Assembly: GCA_947259725.1 (NCBI GenBank)
Contig: CAMYNM010000003.1
Coordinates: forward strand, 42,571 to 106,570
Reading direction: 5' to 3'
DNA length: 64,000 bases
Source: Thermoanaerobaculia bacterium
GTDB lineage: Bacteria > Acidobacteriota > Thermoanaerobaculia > Multivoradales > JAHEKO01
Shown: piece by piece, positions 10,146 through 20,281 of the stretch
Layout of the letters: every line of letters starts with the position of its first letter
How positions within the stretch are numbered: the stretch's first letter is position 1
Position numbers and translations under genes: made by a program
The notes under the pieces: model-generated
What the model saw: only the letters and a program-made list of their open reading frames with translations
Database searches by the model: none
Told to the model about the DNA's origin: nothing

Positions 10146-10374
10146 GCAGCACCTGCACCGCGTCTTCCCACCAGCTCTCGCCGTCGTCAAAGCTCTCGCC
10201 TTCGTGCGTGCACGGCGGCGAGACGTGATCGCGACCGTTGAGGGACTTGCCATCGTGCCGTTCGCGGTAGAGCGGGTAGATCCCACCGCAGCCACGGCAG
10301 AATCTGCCGAGCTTGGGTCCGCGGAGATCTTCGGCGACCGAGCTCGCGGGCGCGCCGTTGGCCGGCCGGTACAT
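10138..10374 (-). CDS. Small hypothetical protein with Cys/His cluster (CRGC…H…CTH)
   Basis: ATG overlaps the ndk stop (TAATG). Fills the gap to the convergent gene. Confidence 0.6.
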   Translation of the reverse strand: MYRPANGAPASSVAEDLRGPKLGRFCRGCGGIYPLYRERHDGKSLNGRDHVSPPCTHEGESFDDGESWWEDAVQVLPT

Positions 10375-10799
10375 TAGCCTCGGCCCGCCAGCAGCTCGGC
10401 CCTCGAAAAGAAGAAGCCCAGCTCGATCTGCGCGTTCTCCGCGGAGTCGCTGCCATGGATGGCGTTCGCTTCGATCGAGGTCGCATACAGCGAACGAATC
10501 GTGCCCTGGTCGGCCTCCGCGGGGTTGGTCGCGCCCATCACGGCGCGCAAGTGTTTGACGGCGTTGTCGCGCTCGAGCGCCACGGGCATCGAGGGCCCGC
10601 TGGTCATGAACTCGACCAGGCTGTCGTAGAAAGGCCGCTCCTTGTGCACTTCGTAGAACGCTCGCGCCTGGGCCTGGCTCAAGGTGAGCTTTTTGACCGC
10701 AGTGACCTTGAAGCCTTCCCGCTCCAGGTGCGCGATGATGTTGCCGGCGTTACCGGCGGCGACACTGTCGGGTTTGATGATCGTCAAAGTAGCTTCCAT
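10374..10799 (-). CDS. ndk: Nucleoside diphosphate kinase
   Basis: TLTIIKPD, FYEVH, GATNP, GTIR, NAIHGSDS. GAGGAG RBS. Confidence 0.97.
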   Translation of the reverse strand: MEATLTIIKPDSVAAGNAGNIIAHLEREGFKVTAVKKLTLSQAQARAFYEVHKERPFYDSLVEFMTSGPSMPVALERDNAVKHLRAVMGATNPAEADQGTIRSLYATSIEANAIHGSDSAENAQIELGFFFSRAELLAGRG

Positions 10800-10801
10800 C
10801 G

Positions 10802-11524
10802 TCACATCTCCTCATCGACGTCGATTGTGGTCTTGCCGTCTTGCCCGGCGCGCAGGAGCTTCCAGTCTCCTTCTCCGTCTTCGAGCAACATGACCGGGCC
10901 GACGGTCTCGATCGCGCCGCCCGGCCCGAGCAGAATCGCGGAACCGCTGGGCAGCCCGAGTCCCCACTTCATTCCAGGAGCCGCCATGAGCTCGCGGATT
11001 CTACGGTCGTGCGCCGGATCGAAGTTCACCTCGACCGCGGTACGCGGTAGCCAGGCGAGGCCGTTGAGCGCTTCACGCCCGGTGAGGCTGCGGCAGCGAG
11101 CCCCCAGAGCCTGAGCCGCCGCCGCGATCGCCACCACCACCCCGCCCTCGTTGACTTTCCGTTCGAGCGCCTCGAGCGCCGGAGACTCCGCCAGCACCTC
11201 GAGGAGCTCGTCGGCGATCCCTCCGCCGATGTAGACCGCTCCGGCCTCGGCGATCCGATCGAGGTTCTTGGCTCGCCTCCCGTCGCGGCCTCGGTAGATC
11301 GGAATCGTGATCACGTCGCGTTCAAGGGAATCCGTAACGTAGCTCGAAAAATGGGTCGCGTAATCGGCCGAGCCGCTGGCCGTGGGCAGGAATCCGACCG
11401 GACCGGCCGGCGTCTTCCCGAGCCAGGCGGCGTCGGCGGTGCGGGTCTCACCGAAGCTGAACTCGCCGCCCCCCAGCAGAGCGAGCCAACCTTCGCCGTC
11501 GAGCCTGTTGCTTCGCGCCAGCAT
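10802..11524 (-). CDS. Peptidase S51/cyanophycinase-like fold protein, catalytic Ser apparently absent
   Basis: LALLGGGE, FLPTAS, VYIGGG motifs. AIAAAA where GxSAG is expected, and VNFD where PHF is expected. Start uncertain. Confidence 0.7.
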   Translation of the reverse strand: MLARSNRLDGEGWLALLGGGEFSFGETRTADAAWLGKTPAGPVGFLPTASGSADYATHFSSYVTDSLERDVITIPIYRGRDGRRAKNLDRIAEAGAVYIGGGIADELLEVLAESPALEALERKVNEGGVVVAIAAAAQALGARCRSLTGREALNGLAWLPRTAVEVNFDPAHDRRIRELMAAPGMKWGLGLPSGSAILLGPGGAIETVGPVMLLEDGEGDWKLLRAGQDGKTTIDVDEEM

Positions 11525-11568
11525 GCCGGGATCCGAGAACGTCGAGTCGGCCTTCGAGCGCCCGGCCT

Positions 11569-12441
11569 CTAGCCGGCCAGGGCGGTCTGCATCGCCTTGC
11601 CGATGTCCGCCGGCGATTCCACCACGATGATCCCGGACTCTTCGAGAGCCGCCATCTTTTCGACGGCGGTGCCCTTGCCGCCCGAAACGATCGCCCCGGC
11701 GTGCCCCATGCGCCGGCCCGGGGGCGCGGTCTGCCCGGCAATGAATCCGACCACCGGCCGGTTGAAGTTCTTGGCCACCCAAGCCCCGGCCTCTTCCTCG
11801 GCCGAGCCTCCGATCTCTCCGATCAGAACCACTCCTAGGGTCTCCGGATCATCTTTGAAGGCCGCCAGCGCATCGATGAAGCTCGTGCCGTTGATCGGAT
11901 CGCCACCGATCCCGACGCAAGTCGATTGACCCAGCCCCAGATTGGTGAGCTGCCAGACGGCCTCGTAGGTGAGCGTTCCCGATCGGCTGATGACGCCGAC
12001 CTGACCCTCGAGATGAATATGGCCGGGCATGATTCCGATCTTGGCCGAGCCCGGCGAGATGACGCCCGGGCAGTTGGGCCCGACCAGTCGAGTGGGATGA
12101 TCACGAAGGAAATCCTTTACCGCAAGCATGTCGCGCGCGGGAACCCCTTCGGTGATGCAGACGACGAGCTCGATTCCGGCCGCGGCCGACTCCATGATCG
12201 CGTCGGCGGCAAACGGCGGCGGCACGAAGATCACCGAGGCATTGGCGCCGGCTTTCTCGCGGGCCTCTTCGACCGAGTCGAAGACCGGAATGCCCTCGAC
12301 CGACTCTCCACCCTTGCCCGGGGTAACCCCGGCGACGACCTGGGTGCCGTAGTCCCGACAGCCGAGAGCGTGAAACTTGCCTTCGGTACCGGTGATGCCC
12401 TGCACCACCAGCCGAGTGTCTTTGTTGACCCAGATTGCCAT
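11569..12441 (-). CDS. sucD: Succinyl-CoA synthetase alpha subunit
   Basis: [27 protein letters not shown] phospho-His. Confidence 0.97.
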   Translation of the reverse strand: MAIWVNKDTRLVVQGITGTEGKFHALGCRDYGTQVVAGVTPGKGGESVEGIPVFDSVEEAREKAGANASVIFVPPPFAADAIMESAAAGIELVVCITEGVPARDMLAVKDFLRDHPTRLVGPNCPGVISPGSAKIGIMPGHIHLEGQVGVISRSGTLTYEAVWQLTNLGLGQSTCVGIGGDPINGTSFIDALAAFKDDPETLGVVLIGEIGGSAEEEAGAWVAKNFNRPVVGFIAGQTAPPGRRMGHAGAIVSGGKGTAVEKMAALEESGIIVVESPADIGKAMQTALAG

Positions 12442-13622
12442 CAGGCACCTCCGGTTGAATTGGAAGAAGCCGCCGCTACCACCTTTTCCGCGGCGTCGGC
12501 CATGTGCTCGGCCACGACGAAGTCGAAGTCGGCGTCGCGCAGGACCCTGCGACCCTCATCGACGTTGGTCCCTTCGAGTCGGACCACCACCGGTACCCGA
12601 ACGTCGCCGAGCTCTTCAATCGCGGCGACCACGCCCCGCGCGATACGGTCGGTACGGGCGATGCCGCCGAAGATGTTGATCAGGACCGCCTTGACGCTCT
12701 CGTCCGAGATCAGAATCTGAAAGGCGTTCTTGACCGCCTCCTGGCTCGCCGAGCCGCCGACGTCGAGAAAATTCGCGGGCGCCGAACCGTAGAGCTTGAT
12801 GATGTCCATGGTTGCCATCGCCAGACCGGCTCCGTTCACCATGCAACCGATCTCGCCATCGAGTTTGATGTAGTTGAGATCGTGCTTTGAAGCTTCCACT
12901 TCGAGGGGATCCTCTTCGTCGCGATCACGCAGCTCCCTGAGATCCGGATGCCGGAAGAGAGCGTTGTCGTCGAACGACATCTTGGCGTCCAGGGCCATGA
13001 CATCGCCATCGCCGGTCACGAGCAGAGGATTGATCTCGACCAGCGAGGCATCCATCGCCAGGTAGGCCTTGACCACCGAGGTGACCAGCTTGGCCGCCTG
13101 CTTGGCGGTGGCTCCCGAAAGCCCCAGGCGCCGGGCCACCCGACGAGCCTGGAAGGGCTGGATACCAAGATGGGGGTCGATCGGCTGCCGAACGATCGCC
13201 TCGGGCGTGGACTCGGCGACTTCCTCGATGTCCATCCCGCCCGCCGCAGACGCCATCACCAGGGGCACGCCGCTGGCGCGATCGAGCAGCACGCTGAGAT
13301 AGAGCTCCTGGGCGATGTCGACGGCCTCCTCGACCAACAAACGGCGGACCTTCTGGCCCTCGGGACCGGTCTGCTTGGTCACCAGCTGCATACCCAGGAT
13401 CTGGCCGGCCAGCTCCTCGGCCTCGGCGGGCGAGCCGGCGAGCTTGACGCCACCGCCTTTGCCCCGTCCCCCGGCGTGGATTTGCGCCTTGACGACACAG
13501 CGCCCGCCGAACTCTTCGCAGAGAGCGCGGGCCTCGCCCGGGTCCTGGGTCATCTTGCCGCGTGGAGTCGCCGCGCCGTATCGACGCAGGATCTCCTTCG
13601 CTTGATACTCGTGAATCTTCAA
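12441..13622 (-). CDS. sucC: Succinyl-CoA synthetase beta subunit
   Basis: TTG start (KIHEYQAK) after [38 protein letters not shown] overlap with sucD. Confidence 0.97.
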   Translation of the reverse strand: MKIHEYQAKEILRRYGAATPRGKMTQDPGEARALCEEFGGRCVVKAQIHAGGRGKGGGVKLAGSPAEAEELAGQILGMQLVTKQTGPEGQKVRRLLVEEAVDIAQELYLSVLLDRASGVPLVMASAAGGMDIEEVAESTPEAIVRQPIDPHLGIQPFQARRVARRLGLSGATAKQAAKLVTSVVKAYLAMDASLVEINPLLVTGDGDVMALDAKMSFDDNALFRHPDLRELRDRDEEDPLEVEASKHDLNYIKLDGEIGCMVNGAGLAMATMDIIKLYGSAPANFLDVGGSASQEAVKNAFQILISDESVKAVLINIFGGIARTDRIARGVVAAIEELGDVRVPVVVRLEGTNVDEGRRVLRDADFDFVVAEHMADAAEKVVAAASSNSTGGA

Positions 13623-13709
13623 GATCGTCTCCTGGCGAATCTGTCGTGGATTTGGTGAACCGCAAGCGTTCGCTGGGGCACGCAGCTTATCACCGGGCAC
13701 GCGGCCCGG

Positions 13710-13747
13710 GGGACCCGCACTCGGCGCCTCCGAGCCAGCGGGGTCCC
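13710..13747. terminator. GC-rich hairpin after the PP2C gene (possible terminator or stabiliser)
   Basis: gggacccgc-a-ctcgg-cgcct-ccgag-cca-gcggggtccc. No U-tract. Confidence 0.35.
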
Positions 13748-13771
13748 ACCTCAGGGGGCCCTGGAAATCGT

Positions 13772-16183
13772 CTACGGAACTCTCAGAACGAGCACCGTCA
13801 GGTCATCTTCCCGCTGACCTCCGCCGGTGAATTCCTCGAGATCTGAAAGCACCCCTCGGCGTAGATCCTGGACTGAGCCGCCGCAGTGCCTGCCCAGGCT
13901 CCGTTCGAGGCGATCGAAGCCGAAGAGCTCGTCCGTGCCATGGTCGCGCGCTTCGACCACGCCGTCACTGAACATGAACAGATAGTCGCCGCCTTCCAGG
14001 CTCGCCGAGCGAACCCGCACGTCGATCTCGCTGCGCACGCCCAGGGGATACGAAACCGACTCGAGCGCGAGCACTTCCTTACGGCTCGTGATCCGGTACG
14101 GAAACAGGTGGCCGGCGCTGGCAAAGAACATCTGGCGCTTCTGGGGGTCGACCAACGCGTAGCAGAGCGTTGTCAGCAGGCGCTTGCGGGCGCTCTGGTA
14201 GACCATTCGGTTCAACGTGGTGAACACGGCGGCGACCTCGGGGTTGAACGCCACCTGCACGGCGAGAGCCGATTTCGCCATCGACATCACCAGGCCGCTC
14301 GACACTCCGTGGCCGGCGACGTCGCCGACCGCAACCGCCAGGCGACCGTCCTCGAGGGCCAAAACGTCGTAGAAGTCACCGCCGACCTCCGACGCCGGTA
14401 GATAGCTATGGGTCATCTCGACGCCATTGAGCTGGGGTGGCAGATCGGGCAGGATCGAGGTCTGGATCCGCCGCGCGGTCTCGAGCTCGACCTTCTGGCG
14501 TTCGCGATCCGCGATGCGGCGCACGTGAGGAGGCACGTCCTCGTAGCGATAGAGGAACTCGCGACCGCTCCACAAAAACCGCGCGCTGGCGATGAATGGC
14601 GTTGCCACGACCAGAAGCGCGAGCGTCGCCTGAAACTGGACGGCCGGGTCGTCGAATGTCATCAGCGGACCGGCGCCGAAGACCACGACTAGCGTGATCT
14701 GAGCCAGGATGCTGGCCAGGATGCCGTACCGGACGAACAGGAAGACGAACGCGAGAGGAGGCAAAACCCAGAGGATCGGTCCCCAGCTGGTCGGAAAGAC
14801 GAACTGGATCGGAAAGAACAGGAACGCGCCCACCAGGGTCGCGATGATCGCCGCCATCCAGGTGCCCGCGCGGCGTTCGAGGTAAGAGACCAGAAACAAC
14901 CGTCCGAAGAGCCCGCCATAGAGGCCCGAGGCCAGAGCGATCGCCACCAGCGGCACGCTGAACCAGGCGCTCGATTCCCACCAGGGACCAAACAGGAACG
15001 CCGTCGAAGCCCAGGCGCCGTAGCCACGCACCAGAAAGGTCAGCACGGTCAGCACCGCGGCGATCACCAGCCCGCCGACCAGACCCCGCAGCGCGGAGCG
15101 AGCGAAAGTGGCGTTGAGCCACTTGCCCTGGAAGAGAGCGTCGAAGGCCGCAAGCCGGTGCGGATGCTTCGTGCGGCAATCGGATTCACCCACCGACCAG
15201 CTCAGAAAGCTGGCCAAACCCATCGGGAAGAAATAGAGCAACATCAGCTGGATCACCACCACAAAGGTGGTTTGGGGTCGGGTCAGGACACCGATGGTCC
15301 AGCCGGCGGAGACGATGCGGCCGCAGAAGACCAGAATGACCGCGCCGCAGATCGTGGAAGCCGCCAGGATCTGCAACCCCCGGCGAACCCCGATCTCGCC
15401 GGCATGGTAGCGGCGCACGAAGGGAATCGCGATGAGCGGCGCCAGGATGACCGCCATGAAGATCCACGCCTGCTGCAAGAGCGTCAGCGTCTGCAGGGTG
15501 CGCTGAAAGGCCGCCCGCCCGGGATCATCGAAGTAGCGCGCGAACCCGGTGATCTCATCCCCAGCGAACAAGACCTCGAGACCGTAGTCGAAGTCGCCCC
15601 CCAGAATCGCTTCTCGATCCCGATACCGAAGCGAACGGTCAGTCCGGGCTTGCAGCTGCCGCTGGCGCAGTTGCGGCGAATCGAAGGCCTCGAGATCGAA
15701 CCCCTGCCGGAGAAGAAACGCCGCGGCACGGCGACCGGCCTCCGCGTCGCCGATCTCACCGCGCGCCTCCTCGGGCGGCACGCGGCGTCGCAGCTCCGAC
15801 ACCTCTCCATCGCCGCGGACCCGAATCCGGTACTCCCACTCGTTGGCAGGCGCGTCGCGCCGGTGAACCACGATCTCCCAGACCATGAGCTCGCGGCCGG
15901 GGGCGCTCTCGCGCAAGCTCTCCGAGCTAGCCGAAGAGGCTTGGAGCATCGGCTCGAGGACCGGAGAGGCGTCCAGCCGGGTCAGAACATAGGGCGCCGA
16001 GGGTAGCTCGCCGAGATCGCGGCTCCTCTCGAGAGCGATGTCGACCGCCTCTTCTTTCGAGATCGCCCAGTCGGTGGGAAACAGCGGGTAGGCGCGCGGG
16101 AAACTCCAGAACAACGCCGCCACGGCAAGCAACCCGCCCGCGACCCAGATCAGGTCGTGGCGGCGTTGAGGGCTCGAGCTCAT
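13772..16183 (-). CDS. Polytopic membrane SpoIIE/RsbU-type PP2C phosphatase
   Basis: C-terminal ARRIQ, VGGDFYD, GDVAGHG, SAGH, FSDGVVE, EDDLT. N-terminal anchor, extracytoplasmic domain and many TM helices. Confidence 0.9.
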   Translation of the reverse strand: MSSSPQRRHDLIWVAGGLLAVAALFWSFPRAYPLFPTDWAISKEEAVDIALERSRDLGELPSAPYVLTRLDASPVLEPMLQASSASSESLRESAPGRELMVWEIVVHRRDAPANEWEYRIRVRGDGEVSELRRRVPPEEARGEIGDAEAGRRAAAFLLRQGFDLEAFDSPQLRQRQLQARTDRSLRYRDREAILGGDFDYGLEVLFAGDEITGFARYFDDPGRAAFQRTLQTLTLLQQAWIFMAVILAPLIAIPFVRRYHAGEIGVRRGLQILAASTICGAVILVFCGRIVSAGWTIGVLTRPQTTFVVVIQLMLLYFFPMGLASFLSWSVGESDCRTKHPHRLAAFDALFQGKWLNATFARSALRGLVGGLVIAAVLTVLTFLVRGYGAWASTAFLFGPWWESSAWFSVPLVAIALASGLYGGLFGRLFLVSYLERRAGTWMAAIIATLVGAFLFFPIQFVFPTSWGPILWVLPPLAFVFLFVRYGILASILAQITLVVVFGAGPLMTFDDPAVQFQATLALLVVATPFIASARFLWSGREFLYRYEDVPPHVRRIADRERQKVELETARRIQTSILPDLPPQLNGVEMTHSYLPASEVGGDFYDVLALEDGRLAVAVGDVAGHGVSSGLVMSMAKSALAVQVAFNPEVAAVFTTLNRMVYQSARKRLLTTLCYALVDPQKRQMFFASAGHLFPYRITSRKEVLALESVSYPLGVRSEIDVRVRSASLEGGDYLFMFSDGVVEARDHGTDELFGFDRLERSLGRHCGGSVQDLRRGVLSDLEEFTGGGQREDDLTVLVLRVP

Positions 16184-16282
16184 GGGGCGATCGACGACAG
16201 CCGGCTGCGTCAGAGGTCGATACGGCGGTGCCGGAGCAAGGTTGCAGGCCGCTCGCCGGGCCGGCGCGCCCGACCGACGCCG

Positions 16283-17530
<1,248 letters not shown>

Positions 17531-17610
17531 CGCCTACCTCCTCCTGCGGATTCCTATCTTTTCGGATTGAAAACGTTACCACAGCCCTCGCATGGTAGAT
17601 TGACCGGCCC

Positions 17611-18012
17611 ATGGACTGGAACGAGCTTCTCGACGCCGCCACCGAGGTGCGCCAACGAGCCTACTGTCCGTACAGCGGTTTTCAGGTGGGCTCGGCGATT
17701 TCCACGGCTGACGGCACTGTTTTCGCGGGCTGCAACGTCGAGCACCGCACCTTCGGTCTGACCGTGTGTGCCGAGCGAGTAGCCACGTTCTCGGCGGTGG
17801 CTCGGGGCCATCGCGGGCTCGAAGCGGTCGCTGTCGTCACCGACACCAGCCCTCCGTCGCCGCCGTGCGGACAATGTCTCGAGGTCCTGACCGAGTTTGG
17901 CAGGCCCGACCTCCCGATTCTCCTCGCGAACCTCGCGGGTGAGCGGGTGGAGTACGCGCTCCGGGACCTTCTGCCCCACCCCTTCGATCTCGAGCCGCCC
18001 TTCAAGCGTTAG
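17611..18012 (+). CDS. cdd: Cytidine deaminase
   Basis: AYCPYSGFQVG, GCNVE, CAER, PCGQC, LLPHPF. Confidence 0.93.
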   Translation: MDWNELLDAATEVRQRAYCPYSGFQVGSAISTADGTVFAGCNVEHRTFGLTVCAERVATFSAVARGHRGLEAVAVVTDTSPPSPPCGQCLEVLTEFGRPDLPILLANLAGERVEYALRDLLPHPFDLEPPFKR

Positions 18013-18112
18013 AGAGAGGCACTCACGCTCGACCTTCCTTGGATCGCACCGAGGGACGCGCGGTAGGCGGTCGGTTTCGGCGACCTTGCGGCGCGGCGAG
18101 AACCGGTCGGGA

Positions 18113-18321
18113 GGGGACACCTAGGAGCTTGCTGAAGAACCCTGGCAGGTCGCGTTGCGAGCGCCGTGGGTCGAGCTGCGAGGCGTCGACTCCGCAGTCG
18201 ATGCCGTAGCATCGGCGAGGAGTCGCAACGTGGCAGATCGGTCCACGCCGCCGCAACCCGAAGGGCGCCAAGGGGTTGCGGGCCAGGGTTCTTCAGCAAG
18301 CTCCTAGAGAAGGGTGTCCCC
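18113..18321. repeat. 26-nt GGGGACAC...GTGTCCCC palindrome split in two by a MITE
   Basis: Left arm 18113-18122, right arm 18312-18321. Removing the MITE and one CTAG restores ggggacacct-agagaa-gggtgtcccc. Confidence 0.8.
18121..18307. mobile_element. Non-autonomous MITE with perfect terminal inverted repeats, flanked by CTAG
   Basis: 18121-18146 ctaggagcttgctgaagaaccctggc is the exact reverse complement of 18282-18307. Internal hairpins; no transposase. Confidence 0.85.
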
Positions 18322-19167
18322 GATCTCGACGAAATCGGGCTCGATCTTGCGATCGATCACGCCCGCCTCGAAGCCGCGAGCGAGAAGCCTTTCGACCGCC
18401 TTGCGGCCGGCCTCGCCGTACTCCCGAGTCCACTCGTTCACGTACATCCCCACGAACCGATCGGATCGCTCGCGATCCTGCTCGATGTCCCTGGCGTATC
18501 GAATCGCATAGTCCAGGGCCGGTTCGCGGTGGTCGAGAGCGTAGTCGATGCTCGCCCGCAGCAGTCGCGACAGGCGGACCTGCATCTCTTCGGAAAGGTC
18601 CGAACGGATGGCATTCGCTCCCAACGGCAGGGGTCCACCGGTTTCCTCGCGCCACCAGGCTCCGAGGTCCACGATCGCGTGAAGACCGCGATCTCCCCAG
18701 GTCAGCTGGCCTTCGTGAATGACGACGCCCGCCACGGCCGCACCGGACTCCACGGCCTCGAAAATCTTGTCGAAGGCCACCACGGTCGTTTCGACCTCGG
18801 GATTCCACAGCTTGAGGGCGAGATGAGCGGTGGTCAGCTCACCCGGGATCGCCACGGTCTTGCCCGACAGGTCCTCGCGCGCGAGCTTCTCCGCGCAGAC
18901 GACCACCGGCCCGTAGCCGTCTCCGAAGCTGGCACCGCAGGGCATCAGCCGGTAGCGGTCGGCCAGATACGGGTAGGCGTGAAAGGAGATCGCGGTGATC
19001 TCATAGCGACCTTCGAAGGCCGCGCGATTCAGAGTCTCGATGTCATCGAGCTGGTGCTCGATGTCGATTCCCTGGGTGTCGACCAGCCCTTGCGTGAGTG
19101 CGTAAAACATGAAGGCATCGTCCGAGTCTGGGCTGTGGGCGATACGAATCTTGGTCGTCGGTTCCAC
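18304..19167 (-). CDS. mqnD: 1,4-dihydroxy-6-naphthoate synthase (futalosine menaquinone pathway, MqnA/MqnD family)
   Basis: AHSPDSDDAFMF, DIETLN, GDGYGP, PGELTTA, IHEGQLT, PLPLG, MYVN. GTG start after AAGGAG. Confidence 0.88.
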   Translation of the reverse strand: MEPTTKIRIAHSPDSDDAFMFYALTQGLVDTQGIDIEHQLDDIETLNRAAFEGRYEITAISFHAYPYLADRYRLMPCGASFGDGYGPVVVCAEKLAREDLSGKTVAIPGELTTAHLALKLWNPEVETTVVAFDKIFEAVESGAAVAGVVIHEGQLTWGDRGLHAIVDLGAWWREETGGPLPLGANAIRSDLSEEMQVRLSRLLRASIDYALDHREPALDYAIRYARDIEQDRERSDRFVGMYVNEWTREYGEAGRKAVERLLARGFEAGVIDRKIEPDFVEIGDTLL

Positions 19168-19180
19168 AAATTCTCCTTGT

Positions 19181-20251
19181 TCAGTGCGCAGCCTGTTCAA
19201 ACGGTTCCAGTGAGCTGATCTCGACGTCGAGCTCGGCCAGTTCGAGGTCGGCAAACAGCTCTCCGGTCAGATCTCCCGAGTGGTTGCGTAGCTCGGTTCG
19301 CTGAAACGGCGCGAGCTGCTCGAACTCCATGTGGCTCAAGCACCCGGCTTGCCTCAGGACTTCGAGCACCACGGCGTCTCTGCAGCCTTCGGTGCCATCG
19401 ACGATCTTGATCGCGACGCCCAACGCCACCGGCCCTCTCACCGCCGCGCCGTAGAACCCCTCGGCGCCTTCCTTGCCGATGACCCGGCCACCGGTCGCGC
19501 GGATCAGCTCAGTGGTGAATCGGCCGGGACCGGCGACCATCTCGGGGTGGCTCGCCATAGCGTCCAATGCGGTTCCGACCTCGACGGCGATCTCGGCACC
19601 AGCGCGGCCGGCGACCGGATCCGCCAGGCAAGCGTACAGCCGAGCGGCGTGCGCGAGCGGCAACCGAAACGACGGCAGGCCGCAGCCGTCGACGCCGATT
19701 TGAATCTCACGAGGCGCAATGCCGGCAAGGCCGCCGATCAGCTCCAGCACGCGTTCCTGCAGCGGGTGGGTGGGCTGATGATAGCCGTCGAGCGGCAGCT
19801 CGAGCAGTCGGCATGCGAGCAGCTGGCCGATGTGATTGGCCGAGCAATTATTGTGCGCGCGCCGGGGGGAAAGGCCACTTTCTCGCAGCTCCTCCGCCGA
19901 CGGCACCGAGAGCGGCGGGTGAGGGCCACACGCGAGATCCTCTTCGCGCAGACCGTTGCGTGAGAGAAGCTCGAGCACCTTGGCGACATGCTCGGCTGTA
20001 CCCGCGTGGGACGAGCAGATCAGCGCGATCTCCTCCGGCTCGAGCGCGTAGGCCTGCCGGCCACCCGCGCACAGCAAGGGCAACACCTGCACCGGCTTCG
20101 CGGCCGATCGCAAAAAGACCCGCCGCGAGGGCTCACCGAGACCCGCAACCAGGTAGCCCTCCGGCGTCGCGATCGCCGCAACCCCGAAGTGAAGGTTCTC
20201 TGTCCATGAGCCCCGTAGGGAACACGCCACGGGTGCAAACTGGTCGGTCAC
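19181..20251 (-). CDS. L-asparaginase II (Rhizobium AnsA-type) family protein
   Basis: RSAAKP, CSSHAG, HNNCSANH, DGCG, GKEGAEG, KIVDG. Confidence 0.85.
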   Translation of the reverse strand: MTDQFAPVACSLRGSWTENLHFGVAAIATPEGYLVAGLGEPSRRVFLRSAAKPVQVLPLLCAGGRQAYALEPEEIALICSSHAGTAEHVAKVLELLSRNGLREEDLACGPHPPLSVPSAEELRESGLSPRRAHNNCSANHIGQLLACRLLELPLDGYHQPTHPLQERVLELIGGLAGIAPREIQIGVDGCGLPSFRLPLAHAARLYACLADPVAGRAGAEIAVEVGTALDAMASHPEMVAGPGRFTTELIRATGGRVIGKEGAEGFYGAAVRGPVALGVAIKIVDGTEGCRDAVVLEVLRQAGCLSHMEFEQLAPFQRTELRNHSGDLTGELFADLELAELDVEISSLEPFEQAAH

Positions 20252-20281
20252 GGCAGCGTTTCGCTCTGAGCCGACGCGCAG

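Noticed and set aside
18009-18299. Short ORFs across the cdd-mqnD spacer as a transposase remnant
   Set aside because: No DDE or HUH motifs. The region is explained by the palindrome and the MITE.
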